A DNA stretch of 64,000 bases, taken from contig CP070686.1 in NCBI GenBank assembly GCA_020353055.1, positions 94,804-158,803 on the forward strand, given 5' to 3'. The notes beneath the pieces are model-generated. The model searched no databases. It was not told where the DNA came from and saw only the letters and a list, made by a program, of their open reading frames with translations. Position 1 is the stretch's first letter, and each line of letters starts with the position of its first letter. The translations under genes were made by a program, and so were the position numbers. Below, piece after piece: positions 39,241-49,220 of this stretch. The DNA comes from a candidate division WOR-3 bacterium. Lineage in GTDB: Bacteria > Hydrothermota > Tepidihabitantia > SM23-42.

Positions 39241-39848
39241 TCCTGTTTCTCCCACGAGCGAGTTCGTATATCGTATGTTTCAGCAGCACCGGGCAATTGG
39301 ACCACAATGGATTTTCCGTCTGCCGAATAGTACAACTCGCTTGCATACGGAGAAGAGAGGAATTCTGTATCTATAATACTGCCATTTTCATATACAAAAA
39401 GGGTATCGGCGGAAATTATCGCAACATTTTCCCCCTTTGTGCTGCCCGTGAACAATCGGCCAGGTCGGTATATATGAACCAGATTACCATCGTCTGAGTA
39501 CACGAACAGCCCCTCTCTATCTGACGCGAAGAAAATAGAATTATCAGACGAAAATCCAAACCCGTTCGGATACACGAGTTCCTTAAGCATTTTTTCGCGA
39601 CCATCTTGATGATAAAAACACAGACGATGTTCATTCAGAGCAAAAACACTCCCGGTATTGCTAATGAAAAAGGTATTCAGGGTACTGTTGCTCTTCATGT
39701 ACACAACAACATCGTATCGGTCATACAGTACAAAAGATTCGGTCATGAGCTCTGTCCCACCACTGTATTCGACCGATGCCCGGAAGGATCCGTCATCCGA
39801 CTCAACACTTGTTGAGAAGAAAATTAACAGGGTAAGGATCAAAACATT
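39237..39848 (-). CDS. Secreted hypothetical protein
   Basis: Signal peptide from the internal ATG (MNVLILTLLIFFSTSVES). No ribosome-binding site. The start is uncertain. Confidence 0.35.
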   Translation of the reverse strand, partial: NVLILTLLIFFSTSVESDDGSFRASVEYSGGTELMTESFVLYDRYDVVVYMKSNSTLNTFFISNTGSVFALNEHRLCFYHQDGREKMLKELVYPNGFGFSSDNSIFFASDREGLFVYSDDGNLVHIYRPGRLFTGSTKGENVAIISADTLFVYENGSIIDTEFLSSPYASELYYSADGKSIVVQLPGAAETYDIRTRSWEKQE

Positions 39849-40222
39849 CATAGCATGCTCGGGACAAGAAACGCCGCAACGAGTAATTTGACAAATGGAC
39901 ATATCTTCATCGGTACAACCGCCGTTCTCGCACCGGTGAAGAAAGATAAAATCGCCAAAACAACGAGCATGCTAAAGCAAAGCCTGTACACGACTCTGGC
40001 GCCAACTCCCGTGGAGCCAGCTATCAAGGTCACAAAGAAAACCAGCAGGCCGATGAAGATGAGGGTCAGCCCTTCAACGATCCATTCCATGATCACGATA
40101 AATCTGTTGTCGACTGATATCACCCCGAAGCCCCGCACTATCGACATAGTGGGTATCAGATGGGCGATGCCCCAGAGCGTTATTATGCCAGAACCCAAAT
40201 AGAGCAGAACGGTATTAAACAT
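39848..40222 (-). CDS. Integral membrane protein, hypothetical
   Basis: Four TM helices. AAGGAG ribosome-binding site 6 nt upstream. Confidence 0.45.
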   Translation of the reverse strand: MFNTVLLYLGSGIITLWGIAHLIPTMSIVRGFGVISVDNRFIVIMEWIVEGLTLIFIGLLVFFVTLIAGSTGVGARVVYRLCFSMLVVLAILSFFTGARTAVVPMKICPFVKLLVAAFLVPSML

Positions 40223-40252
40223 ATATGTCTCCTTTCCCAGCGAAAATCGAGT

Positions 40253-41299
40253 TCATTCTTTTCCACCCATGACCAGAGTGAGGGCTGCTAATGTTCGATC
40301 TATGTCATCCGCACCTATCCCGTAGTGCGTGACCATACGGAAACGTGTCGTACCAGTAGCCAACGTCATCACACCTTTCTCCGTAAGTTTAGTCACCAAT
40401 TCATCGGCAGTCATCTTATCTGTCTTGATATCAAAATATACTATGTTCGTCCAAACCTTATCCAGTTCTATGGACAAACCGGGAATTTGCGCAATACCTT
40501 CAGCCAGGCGGCGGGCATTCTTATGGTCCTCGGCAAGCCGACTGATCATTTTGCTCAAGGCAACGATCCCCGGCGCAGCGATAATCCCTGCTTGCCGCAT
40601 CCCGCCGCCAAGTAACTTCCGATTCCTTCTTGCTTCGGCAACGAACCCCCGCGCACCACATACGACAGAACCAACCGGCGCTGACAGACCCTTTGATAAA
40701 CAAAACGACAAAGAGTCTACGTGGCGCACCAAATCCATGACCTCAACCCCGAGAGCCACCACGGCATTGAATACCCGAGCGCCGTCAAGGTGTACCTTCA
40801 ATCCCCGACTGTGCGCCAACTCGCAAACCGACGCAATGTAATCACTGTCAAGCGGTGCACCGTAGCACCTGTTATGTGTATTCTCCAAACATATCAACCT
40901 GGTGCGCGGCCAGTGATCATTGATACCCCGTATTGCCGACTCAATATCTTCGATACGCATCTTGCCGTCTGACCCGTTCGCTATCGTGTGCGGATGCACG
41001 CCACCCACGGCCGACATGCTACCACATTCGTTGAGAAACATATGGGATTTGTCGCCCAGTATCACCTCTTCACCACGTCTGCAATGGGTTAACACACATA
41101 CTAAATTACCCATCGTACCGCTACTCACCAGAAGACCAGCTTCCTTCCCCATCAATTCAGCCGAGAACTCCTGCAATTTGTTTATTGTCGGGTCGTCACC
41201 AAAAACATCATCACCCAGTTCTGCGTTGCGTATCGAATCGCGCATTTCTTCCGTCGGCAGCGTAACGGTATCACTTCGTAGATCGATCATTTTCATCAC
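40253..41299 (-). CDS. ltaE: Low-specificity L-threonine aldolase
   Basis: PLP-dependent fold type I. Conserved N-terminus DLRSDTVT and the overall order of motifs for threonine aldolase. Confidence 0.8.
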   Translation of the reverse strand: MMKMIDLRSDTVTLPTEEMRDSIRNAELGDDVFGDDPTINKLQEFSAELMGKEAGLLVSSGTMGNLVCVLTHCRRGEEVILGDKSHMFLNECGSMSAVGGVHPHTIANGSDGKMRIEDIESAIRGINDHWPRTRLICLENTHNRCYGAPLDSDYIASVCELAHSRGLKVHLDGARVFNAVVALGVEVMDLVRHVDSLSFCLSKGLSAPVGSVVCGARGFVAEARRNRKLLGGGMRQAGIIAAPGIVALSKMISRLAEDHKNARRLAEGIAQIPGLSIELDKVWTNIVYFDIKTDKMTADELVTKLTEKGVMTLATGTTRFRMVTHYGIGADDIDRTLAALTLVMGGKE

Positions 41300-41389
41300 A
41301 GACCTCCAAGCGTTTCATACAAGGTAACTCATTTTCAAAATCAATCAAACCACGAGGCCATTTGATTGCAGAAACGGTTGTCATTAACT

Positions 41390-41665
41390 CTAACCCAACT
41401 CTTCGATTCGAAATACGACCTTAGATAAAGGATCCGGGCACTGCCATTCCTGAAGCACGTTCAACATACCCTCGTCCTCTATGTTTCTTATCATGGCGCC
41501 TGAGAGAACAGGCAGAAGGCTACCGAGTGCAAAAATGCAGACACTCTTACCCTCAGACATTTCCAGTTTCGCATCTCTAACGTAGAACTCATCACCTTCT
41601 CTCATCCGGCTGCATGGTCCCTCTGCCTTGACTACGGTAACCTTCAAATCTTTGAATCCCATCAT
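41390..41665 (-). CDS. Small Cys-containing protein (TIGR04076-like), hypothetical
   Basis: 91 aa with conserved Cys residues (GPCS ... CIFALG ... QCPDP). The family assignment comes from my recollection of that family's motif pattern and is uncertain. Confidence 0.35.
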   Translation of the reverse strand: MMGFKDLKVTVVKAEGPCSRMREGDEFYVRDAKLEMSEGKSVCIFALGSLLPVLSGAMIRNIEDEGMLNVLQEWQCPDPLSKVVFRIEELG

Positions 41666-41723
41666 ACCTCGCTTTGAACATAATAAAAAACATTTTCACT
41701 CATAATACGTTTCCCGCGCCCAC

Positions 41724-42098
41724 TTATTTATTTTTTCCGAGATACTGTCGCAGCCACTCTTCAACACCGGCCTTCCTCATCTCACGTAACCTCTCCACTG
41801 CATCTGAGTGATGCTCATATTCCTGCCCCCACTCCTTCAGCGAACCACATGGAAAATCAGAGCACTGCGCACAAAATTCGAGCGCTTTTTCATAAACACA
41901 ACACTGCAGAATTTTGCATTCCGGCGCCCAGTGATTTCCCGTACGGTCCGAACGGCAACCGTCACACCTTATTTTTTCAGTATCAACATTACGTTGCCTC
42001 CAGTAGTCTAACTCCTCGTCGGTTCGCAGACGGATCGGACAACCGTGGCAGTCCAACCCACATGGCGTGAGAAACCAGCGTCTATCTTTGCTCATCAA
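41724..42098 (-). CDS. DUF3795 Cys-rich protein
   Basis: CGLDCHGCP...CDGCRSD...CAQCSDFPCG pattern. Confidence 0.55.
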   Translation of the reverse strand: MMSKDRRWFLTPCGLDCHGCPIRLRTDEELDYWRQRNVDTEKIRCDGCRSDRTGNHWAPECKILQCCVYEKALEFCAQCSDFPCGSLKEWGQEYEHHSDAVERLREMRKAGVEEWLRQYLGKNK

Positions 42099-42135
42099 TA
42101 TACACTCCAGGGTGATTCATCATGGGGCAAACGCT

Positions 42136-42714
42136 TCATCGAATATGGAACCATTTCTCAACGGTAGCGCTTTTGTTCGAATACGCGTCACTTACGTGTG
42201 TCGTAACCTTGTACTTCCCCGCGTCAAAACCGGTAAAGGTATAGGTGAAAGTCAATGATACTTCCGTGTTATGATTCCATGAACCAAAATCGAGGTTGGC
42301 AAATTCTTTCTGGCCACCAAGCACATTACCTTTATCATCTTCGAGCGTAAAATCGGCGACAAACCCAAATTCATAGTAACCTCTTGGATTCCTCTTGAAT
42401 GCGTATCCGACAGGTTCAAGATACAAGTACAATGGTTCACCCGGTGTAAAACTATCTTCTTCCTTGGGTTCGTAAATGCCATAAGAATTATCATCATCCT
42501 CAACAAACCTAACATTCCGCAATAACAAGGGTACTTCCGTCCAGAACAATTCCATAAGGCGGTGCAAGTCAGAATGCGCAGAATAATACTCGCCTTCCGC
42601 AAAATCACCTTTGAATTGCGAAAATGAATTCTCAAAGGCAGATATTGCCTCTTTTCCGGGATTTTGTCCAAATAATAACATTACACTCATGCAAAGAACT
42701 GCAAATACCTTCAT
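42136..42714 (-). CDS. Secreted hypothetical protein
   Basis: Signal peptide. 192 aa. No recognisable motif. Confidence 0.4.
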   Translation of the reverse strand: MKVFAVLCMSVMLLFGQNPGKEAISAFENSFSQFKGDFAEGEYYSAHSDLHRLMELFWTEVPLLLRNVRFVEDDDNSYGIYEPKEEDSFTPGEPLYLYLEPVGYAFKRNPRGYYEFGFVADFTLEDDKGNVLGGQKEFANLDFGSWNHNTEVSLTFTYTFTGFDAGKYKVTTHVSDAYSNKSATVEKWFHIR

Positions 42715-42800
42715 ACATCCTCCTTGTCGGACAAAACCAGGGCACGAAGCATCTCTCTATTAAATCTAGAACCGCAAGGTAGCGGCCGGCATATGGAGAC

Positions 42801-43073
42801 CTACATCATGTCTTTCAGAACCGGCCCTAGTTTGCCCTTAATAGCATCGGAAAGTTCTTCTACCTTCATGAGAGACAGGCAGCAAAATTCTTTGTCCCGC
42901 GACATATTAATAACGACGAACTTATCACCTGGTTTTATTTTTGCCGCTTCCCTTATTTCCTTGGGTAAAACCATCTGTCCCCGCTCGTCGATCGTGACTA
43001 TCGCCTTCACCTCGCAACAACGGGATTCCTTTTCACCGGTGCCGGGCTTTGTCTTACCGTTGTCCTTTTTCAT
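42801..43073 (-). CDS. AbrB/MazE/SpoVT-type swapped-hairpin DNA-binding protein flanked by two CC pairs
   Basis: GGAGG ribosome-binding site 6 nt upstream of the internal ATG. IDERGQMVLPKEIREAAKIKPGDKF is SpoVT/AbrB-like. The unusual CC...CC pairs flank the domain. Confidence 0.5.
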   Translation of the reverse strand: MKKDNGKTKPGTGEKESRCCEVKAIVTIDERGQMVLPKEIREAAKIKPGDKFVVINMSRDKEFCCLSLMKVEELSDAIKGKLGPVLKDMM

Positions 43074-43164
43074 GAAAAACCTCCACTTGGGTCGCACTAA
43101 ATAATCAAAAATATCAGAAAATACTGAATATTGTACCGGCTTCTGGAGGATTGTCAATGATGTA

Positions 43165-44874
43165 TTATTTCATCAGTACCGCTTTTAGTGTGCGCACCGA
43201 TTCGTCGATTTCGAATCTGATGAAATACACGCCGGCAGCAAACCCTTCAGATTTCGGGTTCCAGTTTGCACTATGCAAGCCGCTCGTAAAAGTGGCGTCA
43301 ACCAGCTCCCGGACGCGCCGTCCCGCGGTATCAAACACAATCACGTTCACACGGGCCGCTTCGCCGAGTTCGAAATCAATCGATATGTGCCGGTTGAAGA
43401 CCGTCGGTGTGACGTTCACAACAAAGGGGTGTTGAACCGCGGAGAATTGCTCGTCAATACCTGTCATCCGGTAGCCAACAAATGTTACGTGTCTCGTTTC
43501 ACCGGCCGATAGTCTCTGGTCACCCTGTTTCCAGCAGTACATCAGCACGAAGTTATCCGTAATAACCGCGTCATAACAGTTACTGTCGATAATGACCGCG
43601 CTATCATAGCGAACCGGCAAGAAAGCAAATGGATGGCGCCGGCCAGAGGTTCCGCTGAACCCGGGGTCTACACTATCGTAATTGGCCTCAATCCAGAAAG
43701 TGACGGTGTCTATCAGAGTGCCCGACGTTATATCCAAACCCTGATCCCACCAGGGATCACGCCACGCAAACATTCTGATGTCTGCGGCAGGGTCGCCATA
43801 GTAACAACAAGCGTCGCGGTCATAGTCCAGACCCGTCGGATCCGTTCCGGGTGTATTGTTTATCTGATCGAATAGCAGTTGTTGATTATTTGCATGAAAC
43901 GCCTCCGCATAAGTGTAACGGTCCTGCGCCATTTGTAGAAGACTACCCAGTCCCCAGAGCATATAACCATAGACCGTGGTTGGCATATAGCCGGTCATCG
44001 CGATCGCACCACCTGAACCAAGCCAGCCGTAAGGCATGTAGTTGGGATTACTGGGGTTACCGACAAGGCAATTGCCCATCGCATTATATACTTTGGGATT
44101 GACCGAACTGATATTCTGATTGACCCCAATACGAGGATCTCCGTAGACGCCCCCTGCCTCAGACCTGAAATATCCTTCCAGATCAGGCGTTGGATAGTGC
44201 AACTGCCAGACATCAACATTTCCATGGCCACTCGTTATGAAATAGTCAACCGGGCCTTGTATATTATATCCCAGTATCGTATCATCGATTCCATCATTAA
44301 GATAGTTGACGAGCAGTGTGCACCGGTCATCCGGGCAACGCGGTGGACATATGGTATCGATAATGAGTGACGTATCAGGCAATTTAAATCTTATTCTGTT
44401 ATACTGAGCCTCGAAGGTGGAAATCCCCTGATAGAACCAGCTGTCCCAGGTACAATTCGTACCGCCGAGTATAGTGCGTAACTGCAACGTCTGATTCTGC
44501 ACGATCCTCATCGCATCAGTATGATCATAACCGGTCACGAGACCCCAGATCGCATCACCATAAGGGTCGGCGTCGAGTTCGCGTGTTATAGCCCAAACAT
44601 CATGTACGAATGAAGTCTGTATTTCGTACCAACTCCTTCCGACAAAAGCAATATAGTCGGGCATGTATCCAGCCAATACGCTTTTCACTTCCTGGAGCGA
44701 ATCTTGCCAGACAAAGACCTGACCATTGTGCCTGGCGACCAATGAATCGACAACCTCACTCCAGCCGGCCATGCCATTCGTCTCGGTGCTCACCACAATT
44801 GCATAACGCTGGGCAAATGCGGCAGTCACGAACGCCAAACAGAATGCAACAACCACACTTCTTCTCATATTCAT
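43165..44874 (-). CDS. Clan CD (gingipain/C25-like) cysteine peptidase-like protein with T9SS C-terminal sorting domain
   Basis: Signal peptide. His-Gly (SGHG) and downstream Cys (GNC) spaced as in clan CD peptidases; this assignment is weak. C-terminus ISIDFELGEAARVNVIVFDTAGRRV...GVYFIRFE is a T9SS CTD. Confidence 0.5.
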   Translation of the reverse strand: MNMRRSVVVAFCLAFVTAAFAQRYAIVVSTETNGMAGWSEVVDSLVARHNGQVFVWQDSLQEVKSVLAGYMPDYIAFVGRSWYEIQTSFVHDVWAITRELDADPYGDAIWGLVTGYDHTDAMRIVQNQTLQLRTILGGTNCTWDSWFYQGISTFEAQYNRIRFKLPDTSLIIDTICPPRCPDDRCTLLVNYLNDGIDDTILGYNIQGPVDYFITSGHGNVDVWQLHYPTPDLEGYFRSEAGGVYGDPRIGVNQNISSVNPKVYNAMGNCLVGNPSNPNYMPYGWLGSGGAIAMTGYMPTTVYGYMLWGLGSLLQMAQDRYTYAEAFHANNQQLLFDQINNTPGTDPTGLDYDRDACCYYGDPAADIRMFAWRDPWWDQGLDITSGTLIDTVTFWIEANYDSVDPGFSGTSGRRHPFAFLPVRYDSAVIIDSNCYDAVITDNFVLMYCWKQGDQRLSAGETRHVTFVGYRMTGIDEQFSAVQHPFVVNVTPTVFNRHISIDFELGEAARVNVIVFDTAGRRVRELVDATFTSGLHSANWNPKSEGFAAGVYFIRFEIDESVRTLKAVLMK

Positions 44875-44911
44875 TTGCTACCCCCCTCGGTTTATTCTAA
44901 CGACATTTAAC

Positions 44912-45712
44912 CTACTTGGGTGAAACTAAACGCTCCTTCACATCATTCCAATTCATACTCTTCACTTCTTCCCAGAACCAAGCCTCTGCATCTTCGCGGC
45001 ATTTCTTCAAAGCATTCACATCGCTCACATAATACAACGGATGAAGCCTCTCGACCATTTCCTCCGGCATTTCATAATAAACATAGGTTGTGAAGAACCT
45101 GTAATGCCAGGGAGAACACTTCATTCGCAAAACCTCGACCAACGGACGAAGGATATACCCCAAATAGTAGCTCAAGGCTTCCATCGCATTACCGCGGTTC
45201 AGTTCTTTAAGCACGAGTGCCTGAAACATCTGAAAAGTCGTCTTGTGTCTTTCAAAACGCTTCTTCATTTCTTGAAAATATTTTTCGATGTCCATCGGGT
45301 CATCTTTGACCAATCCAGCTTTGTCAAAATGTACAAGTGGTTCGCCGTGTATACTGTACTGCAAGAATTTTTCCTTGCTCGATTTCTTCATTATGGCAGC
45401 ATCGATGAAGAGAAACGGGCTTGCTTCCTTCAGACGCCAAAAGACCTGCGAATTCCCATGCCACGTCGGCTCGGGTACGCGAAATTTCAGATCGATTTCG
45501 CCCAAACTGCAGAGCGTTTGTTCTATAAGCGTAATAGCGTTTTCGATATGATCGTCATCACACACTACATACAAATCGATGTCCGACCATTCGTCGACCC
45601 GGCCGAAACTTGCCGCTCCAGCCTCCCAGGCTGCGTGCACGTAGTCCGCTTGCTTCAATTTCTTAACGACGACAGCGACAATATCATCGCGATTTAAGTT
45701 ATGTTTATTCAT
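44912..45712 (-). CDS. Nucleotidyltransferase domain protein (ANT(6)/AadK-like aminoglycoside adenylyltransferase family)
   Basis: AWEAGAASFGRVDEWSDIDLYVV, a nucleotidyltransferase GS...D.D motif. GGAGG ribosome-binding site before the internal ATG at 45712. Confidence 0.55.
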   Translation of the reverse strand: MNKHNLNRDDIVAVVVKKLKQADYVHAAWEAGAASFGRVDEWSDIDLYVVCDDDHIENAITLIEQTLCSLGEIDLKFRVPEPTWHGNSQVFWRLKEASPFLFIDAAIMKKSSKEKFLQYSIHGEPLVHFDKAGLVKDDPMDIEKYFQEMKKRFERHKTTFQMFQALVLKELNRGNAMEALSYYLGYILRPLVEVLRMKCSPWHYRFFTTYVYYEMPEEMVERLHPLYYVSDVNALKKCREDAEAWFWEEVKSMNWNDVKERLVSPK

Positions 45713-45741
45713 GCATATTCCTCCCATCTTTTCGAAATCAG

Positions 45742-46488
45742 TCACATATAAGGATTAACCTTCTTCTCTTTATTGATTGTGGTCTGTCTACCGTGTCCAG
45801 GATACACAACTGTTTGCCCGGGCAGTTTCCCCAAGCGCCTAAGCGAGTTGATCATTTCCTCTTCCGAAGACCCGGCCAAATCTATTCTACCCCAAGAGCC
45901 TTCAAGCAAAGTGTCACCGGAAAACACGAGGTGCTCCTTCTCGTAGTACAGGGAAATGCCGCCTCTGGTATGTCCTGGCGTATGGAGCACTTCAAGCTCT
46001 ATACCACCGAATTTTATCCAATCTTTGTCACGCAATGTTCGATCTGCTGGCGGTGATAGTTCTGCCTCCAGAATCACAACCCCGCATCCGGATATCGTGC
46101 GTACCTTATCTGCGTCAACATCAAGTTTTACGATTTCCTCACGGCCACAAACTGGACATCGATGCGGCTTAATGAAAGCCTCAGATTCTTCTGCTCCGCG
46201 CCATGGTTCGATCAGAAGCGGCGCATCATTCGCGTGTATCAATATTTTGGCACCGGTATGTTCCTTGATAGCACGGTTACCAGACGTGTGGTCAGGATGA
46301 CCATGTGTATTCACTATGAATTTTACATTCGCACCCAATTCATCAATGGCATGGATTACACGGTTCGCCTCACCCACCTTCGTTCCGGGATCCACAACCA
46401 ATGCCTCGCGCGATTCCTTGCCCACAAGAATATAGCAATTCGTCGGCAGGTAGCCGACTTGCAGGCATTTCATTTTTATGTCGGTCAT
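45742..46488 (-). CDS. MBL-fold metallo-hydrolase (glyoxalase II-like) with zinc-ribbon insert
   Basis: HGHPDHTSGN (HxHxDH) motif. Inserted CPVCG. Internal start chosen. Confidence 0.65.
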   Translation of the reverse strand: MTDIKMKCLQVGYLPTNCYILVGKESREALVVDPGTKVGEANRVIHAIDELGANVKFIVNTHGHPDHTSGNRAIKEHTGAKILIHANDAPLLIEPWRGAEESEAFIKPHRCPVCGREEIVKLDVDADKVRTISGCGVVILEAELSPPADRTLRDKDWIKFGGIELEVLHTPGHTRGGISLYYEKEHLVFSGDTLLEGSWGRIDLAGSSEEEMINSLRRLGKLPGQTVVYPGHGRQTTINKEKKVNPYM

Positions 46489-46633
46489 ACTTTCAAGCGT
46501 TGTTTTATGTAGTATAATCAACAAGCGGTCTCTTGTCAACGAAAGCCGCCATCTGCTCCTGCTCATTCGCTTTAGGTATGAATGAAAAAGGGGACGGTAA
46601 TGCCGTCCCCTTTTGTGTCTTCCAGGTCAGAAA

Positions 46634-47731
46634 TCAGTCTTCGAATAGTTTCTTGTACTCGCTGTATCCTTCCTTCTCGAGGTCTTCCTTCGGGATGAAA
46701 CGCAGTGATGCTGAATTAATGCAGTACCGGAGGCCGGTCGGCTCAGGACCATCATCAAATAAGTGACCAAGATGAGAATCACCCGCCTTGCTGCGCACCT
46801 CGGTACGTACCATTCCATGGCTCGAATCGACCTTTTCAATGATAGTTTCTTTGTCTATCGGTTTGAAAAAACTGGGCCAACCTGTGCCTGATTCGAACTT
46901 GTCCCTTGAGCTGAACAGCGGTTCACCGGACACAACATCAACATAGATGCCTTCACGTTTATTGTTCCAGTACTCGTTCTGAAAAGGCGGCTCAGTCCCG
47001 CACTGCTGCGTCACTTCGTACTGCACCGGCGTCAACTTCTCCTTGATCTCATCCTGTGGCGGTTTCTCATACGTCTGTTCCTTCTCCGCGGGCACGGTAT
47101 CCTTGTCCTCATCCCAGATCTCTTTCAGAAACTGCTCGCGGCCAGAAAAGAATTTATAACTTTTGTAGCGAGCTGGACTCTTCTTGTAGAAATCTTTGTG
47201 GTAATCTTCTGCCTCATAGAACGCTGTAAATGGCCGGATCTCCGTAACGATCGGTTTATCATATCTTCCCGATTTCTCCAGCTCGGCTTTCGATTCTTGG
47301 GCGATATTCTTCTGCTCATCGCTATGATAAAATATGGCTGTCTTATATTGAGAACCGCGGTCAACGAACTGCCCACCCTGGTCTGTCGGGTCTATCTGCG
47401 TCCAGAAGACATCCACCAATTTCTGGTAGTCGACCTTTGATGGGTCATAAGTTATTTGAACCGTTTCAAGATGCCCAGTCCCGCCACTTGATACTTGCTC
47501 GTATGTCGGATTTTCTCTCTGACCGCCCGAATATCCCGGGACGACGTCGATGACACCGTCCAAATTTTCAAAAGGCGGCTCCATACACCAGAAACAACCG
47601 CCGGCAAAAGTTGCTTTTTCATATTTATCATTCTTGTTCATCACGCTCCCCTTTTCCTCGCCCGCGCTTTCACTTCTGCACACACTTACAGCAAAAAGCC
47701 CGAGCACTGTAGCCAACGACAACCATTTCAT
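46634..47731 (-). CDS. msrAB: Secreted bifunctional peptide methionine sulfoxide reductase MsrA-MsrB
   Basis: MsrA GGCFWCME and Msr[11 protein letters not shown]...RYCINS. Signal peptide. Confidence 0.85.
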   Translation of the reverse strand: MKWLSLATVLGLFAVSVCRSESAGEEKGSVMNKNDKYEKATFAGGCFWCMEPPFENLDGVIDVVPGYSGGQRENPTYEQVSSGGTGHLETVQITYDPSKVDYQKLVDVFWTQIDPTDQGGQFVDRGSQYKTAIFYHSDEQKNIAQESKAELEKSGRYDKPIVTEIRPFTAFYEAEDYHKDFYKKSPARYKSYKFFSGREQFLKEIWDEDKDTVPAEKEQTYEKPPQDEIKEKLTPVQYEVTQQCGTEPPFQNEYWNNKREGIYVDVVSGEPLFSSRDKFESGTGWPSFFKPIDKETIIEKVDSSHGMVRTEVRSKAGDSHLGHLFDDGPEPTGLRYCINSASLRFIPKEDLEKEGYSEYKKLFED

Positions 47732-48054
47732 CTTTTTATCCTCCTATGCATACTTTAGACACTTCTCATAACCACATGGTTCACCCGACCACGAATCGAA
47801 CCCAGTATGCATTGATCCAGGAATCTGGGGAAAAATACTTGCTACCCCTAAATCTTCGCCGTTACTTATTAGCTATTTTTTTTGGATATAGATTTCTGAG
47901 GAACAACACAGTCGATATTATTACCGTAACGAAGAATATAATACCACCTATTCTATCTCCCTTACCCAGATAGCGTGTCGCAAGGCACGACCAGGCAAGC
48001 GCCGAAAAGATAAAACCTATAGTGGTTATTATGTTCATCCCACCATATACAAAG

Positions 48055-49206
48055 TCATTTACCTGACTTCACCAGTTTAACAGCCCTGCTGGTGACCGGA
48101 CTCTGCAAAAAATAAACACCCACCGGCAACTCCCGACCGGCGTCATCCGTACCATCCCAACTCACCGATATCTGATTGCCGATAATAGATACCAGTTCTG
48201 AGAGATCCTTCAGCAATCGCCCGGAAACATCGTATATCCTCAATGCATTTGCCTGATCGTTATCGGTCAACTGGTATCGGATACCAATTCTGCTGCTGAA
48301 GGGATTTGGCCAGACTTCTATTCTTGCCAACTCTACAGTACCGGCCTCATCGCCCAGTATCCCGACCTGGCTGACATCGTATACATATATCGAGTCCAAT
48401 TCGTAGCACGAAACCCAGAGCCGCTCGGTCACCGAGTCGTAGGCAAGTCCTGATGGATACGTTGCGGGATCCGACGCCCACTGGTCAACCCACGCGCTGG
48501 CAGCGAGATTCCACGAATTCACCAGGTTAGAACCGTAGTTGCCATCGCAAGTCAATAATTGCGGTGCAATCCTGGGCAGAAAAGTCAAACCGAACGGACG
48601 GGCATTCGGTGAAGAATAGGTTGCGGCAATCGAATCGATCTGCAGACCGCTGTTAGTATCGATCACAGATATATATGACTGATTACCCAATGCAGCGTAG
48701 AGATATGCGCCATCCCACGCCAGATCAAAAGGATGGGTAGTGGGTGCCGGAAAACTCTTTTCGATACTCATCGTGGCCGTATCCAACTTATAAATATAAC
48801 CAATGATGTACTCTGAATACCAGAGATATTCACCATCCCAAGCAAGACCACAGGAAAAATCATTGATTGCACTGAACGTGTCGATCGCCACGCCGCTGTC
48901 CGGGTGGAGCTTATAGATCTTGGCGCCGTACAGGCTATTCCCGTCGCCGCTATTCGCCGCCCACAAATACTGGCCATCGTATGCCAGACCCCGTATTGCA
49001 CTGTCCGGAACCGGGAACGCACCGATCAACGGTGGAGTCAACCTTAGCACCTCGGCCCCCGTTGATATATTGCTTTTCTGAAAGTGGTGACCGGGTAGAG
49101 ACAAATCATGCTCAGCATATGTCATGCTCCAGCAAATCATGACAAGAACGGGTAAAAATCGATTGCAGAATTCACGCATAACATCCCCTTTCAGTGGACC
49201 GTACAT
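48055..49206 (-). CDS. Beta-propeller repeat protein with T9SS C-terminal sorting domain
   Basis: Repeats GLAYDGQYLW, GLAWDGEYLW, DLAWDGAYLY. C-terminus VWPNPFSSRIGIRYQ...IYDVSGRLL...GVYFLQ is a T9SS CTD. Confidence 0.6.
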   Translation of the reverse strand: MYGPLKGDVMREFCNRFLPVLVMICWSMTYAEHDLSLPGHHFQKSNISTGAEVLRLTPPLIGAFPVPDSAIRGLAYDGQYLWAANSGDGNSLYGAKIYKLHPDSGVAIDTFSAINDFSCGLAWDGEYLWYSEYIIGYIYKLDTATMSIEKSFPAPTTHPFDLAWDGAYLYAALGNQSYISVIDTNSGLQIDSIAATYSSPNARPFGLTFLPRIAPQLLTCDGNYGSNLVNSWNLAASAWVDQWASDPATYPSGLAYDSVTERLWVSCYELDSIYVYDVSQVGILGDEAGTVELARIEVWPNPFSSRIGIRYQLTDNDQANALRIYDVSGRLLKDLSELVSIIGNQISVSWDGTDDAGRELPVGVYFLQSPVTSRAVKLVKSGK

Positions 49207-49220
49207 CTCTCAGCGCAGTG

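Noticed and set aside
47775-47805. tRNA-like T-loop resemblance (cgaatcgaaccc) in the intergenic region
   Set aside because: I could not fold a cloverleaf around it; the flanking sequence gives no T-stem pairing or acceptor stem. No tRNA called.
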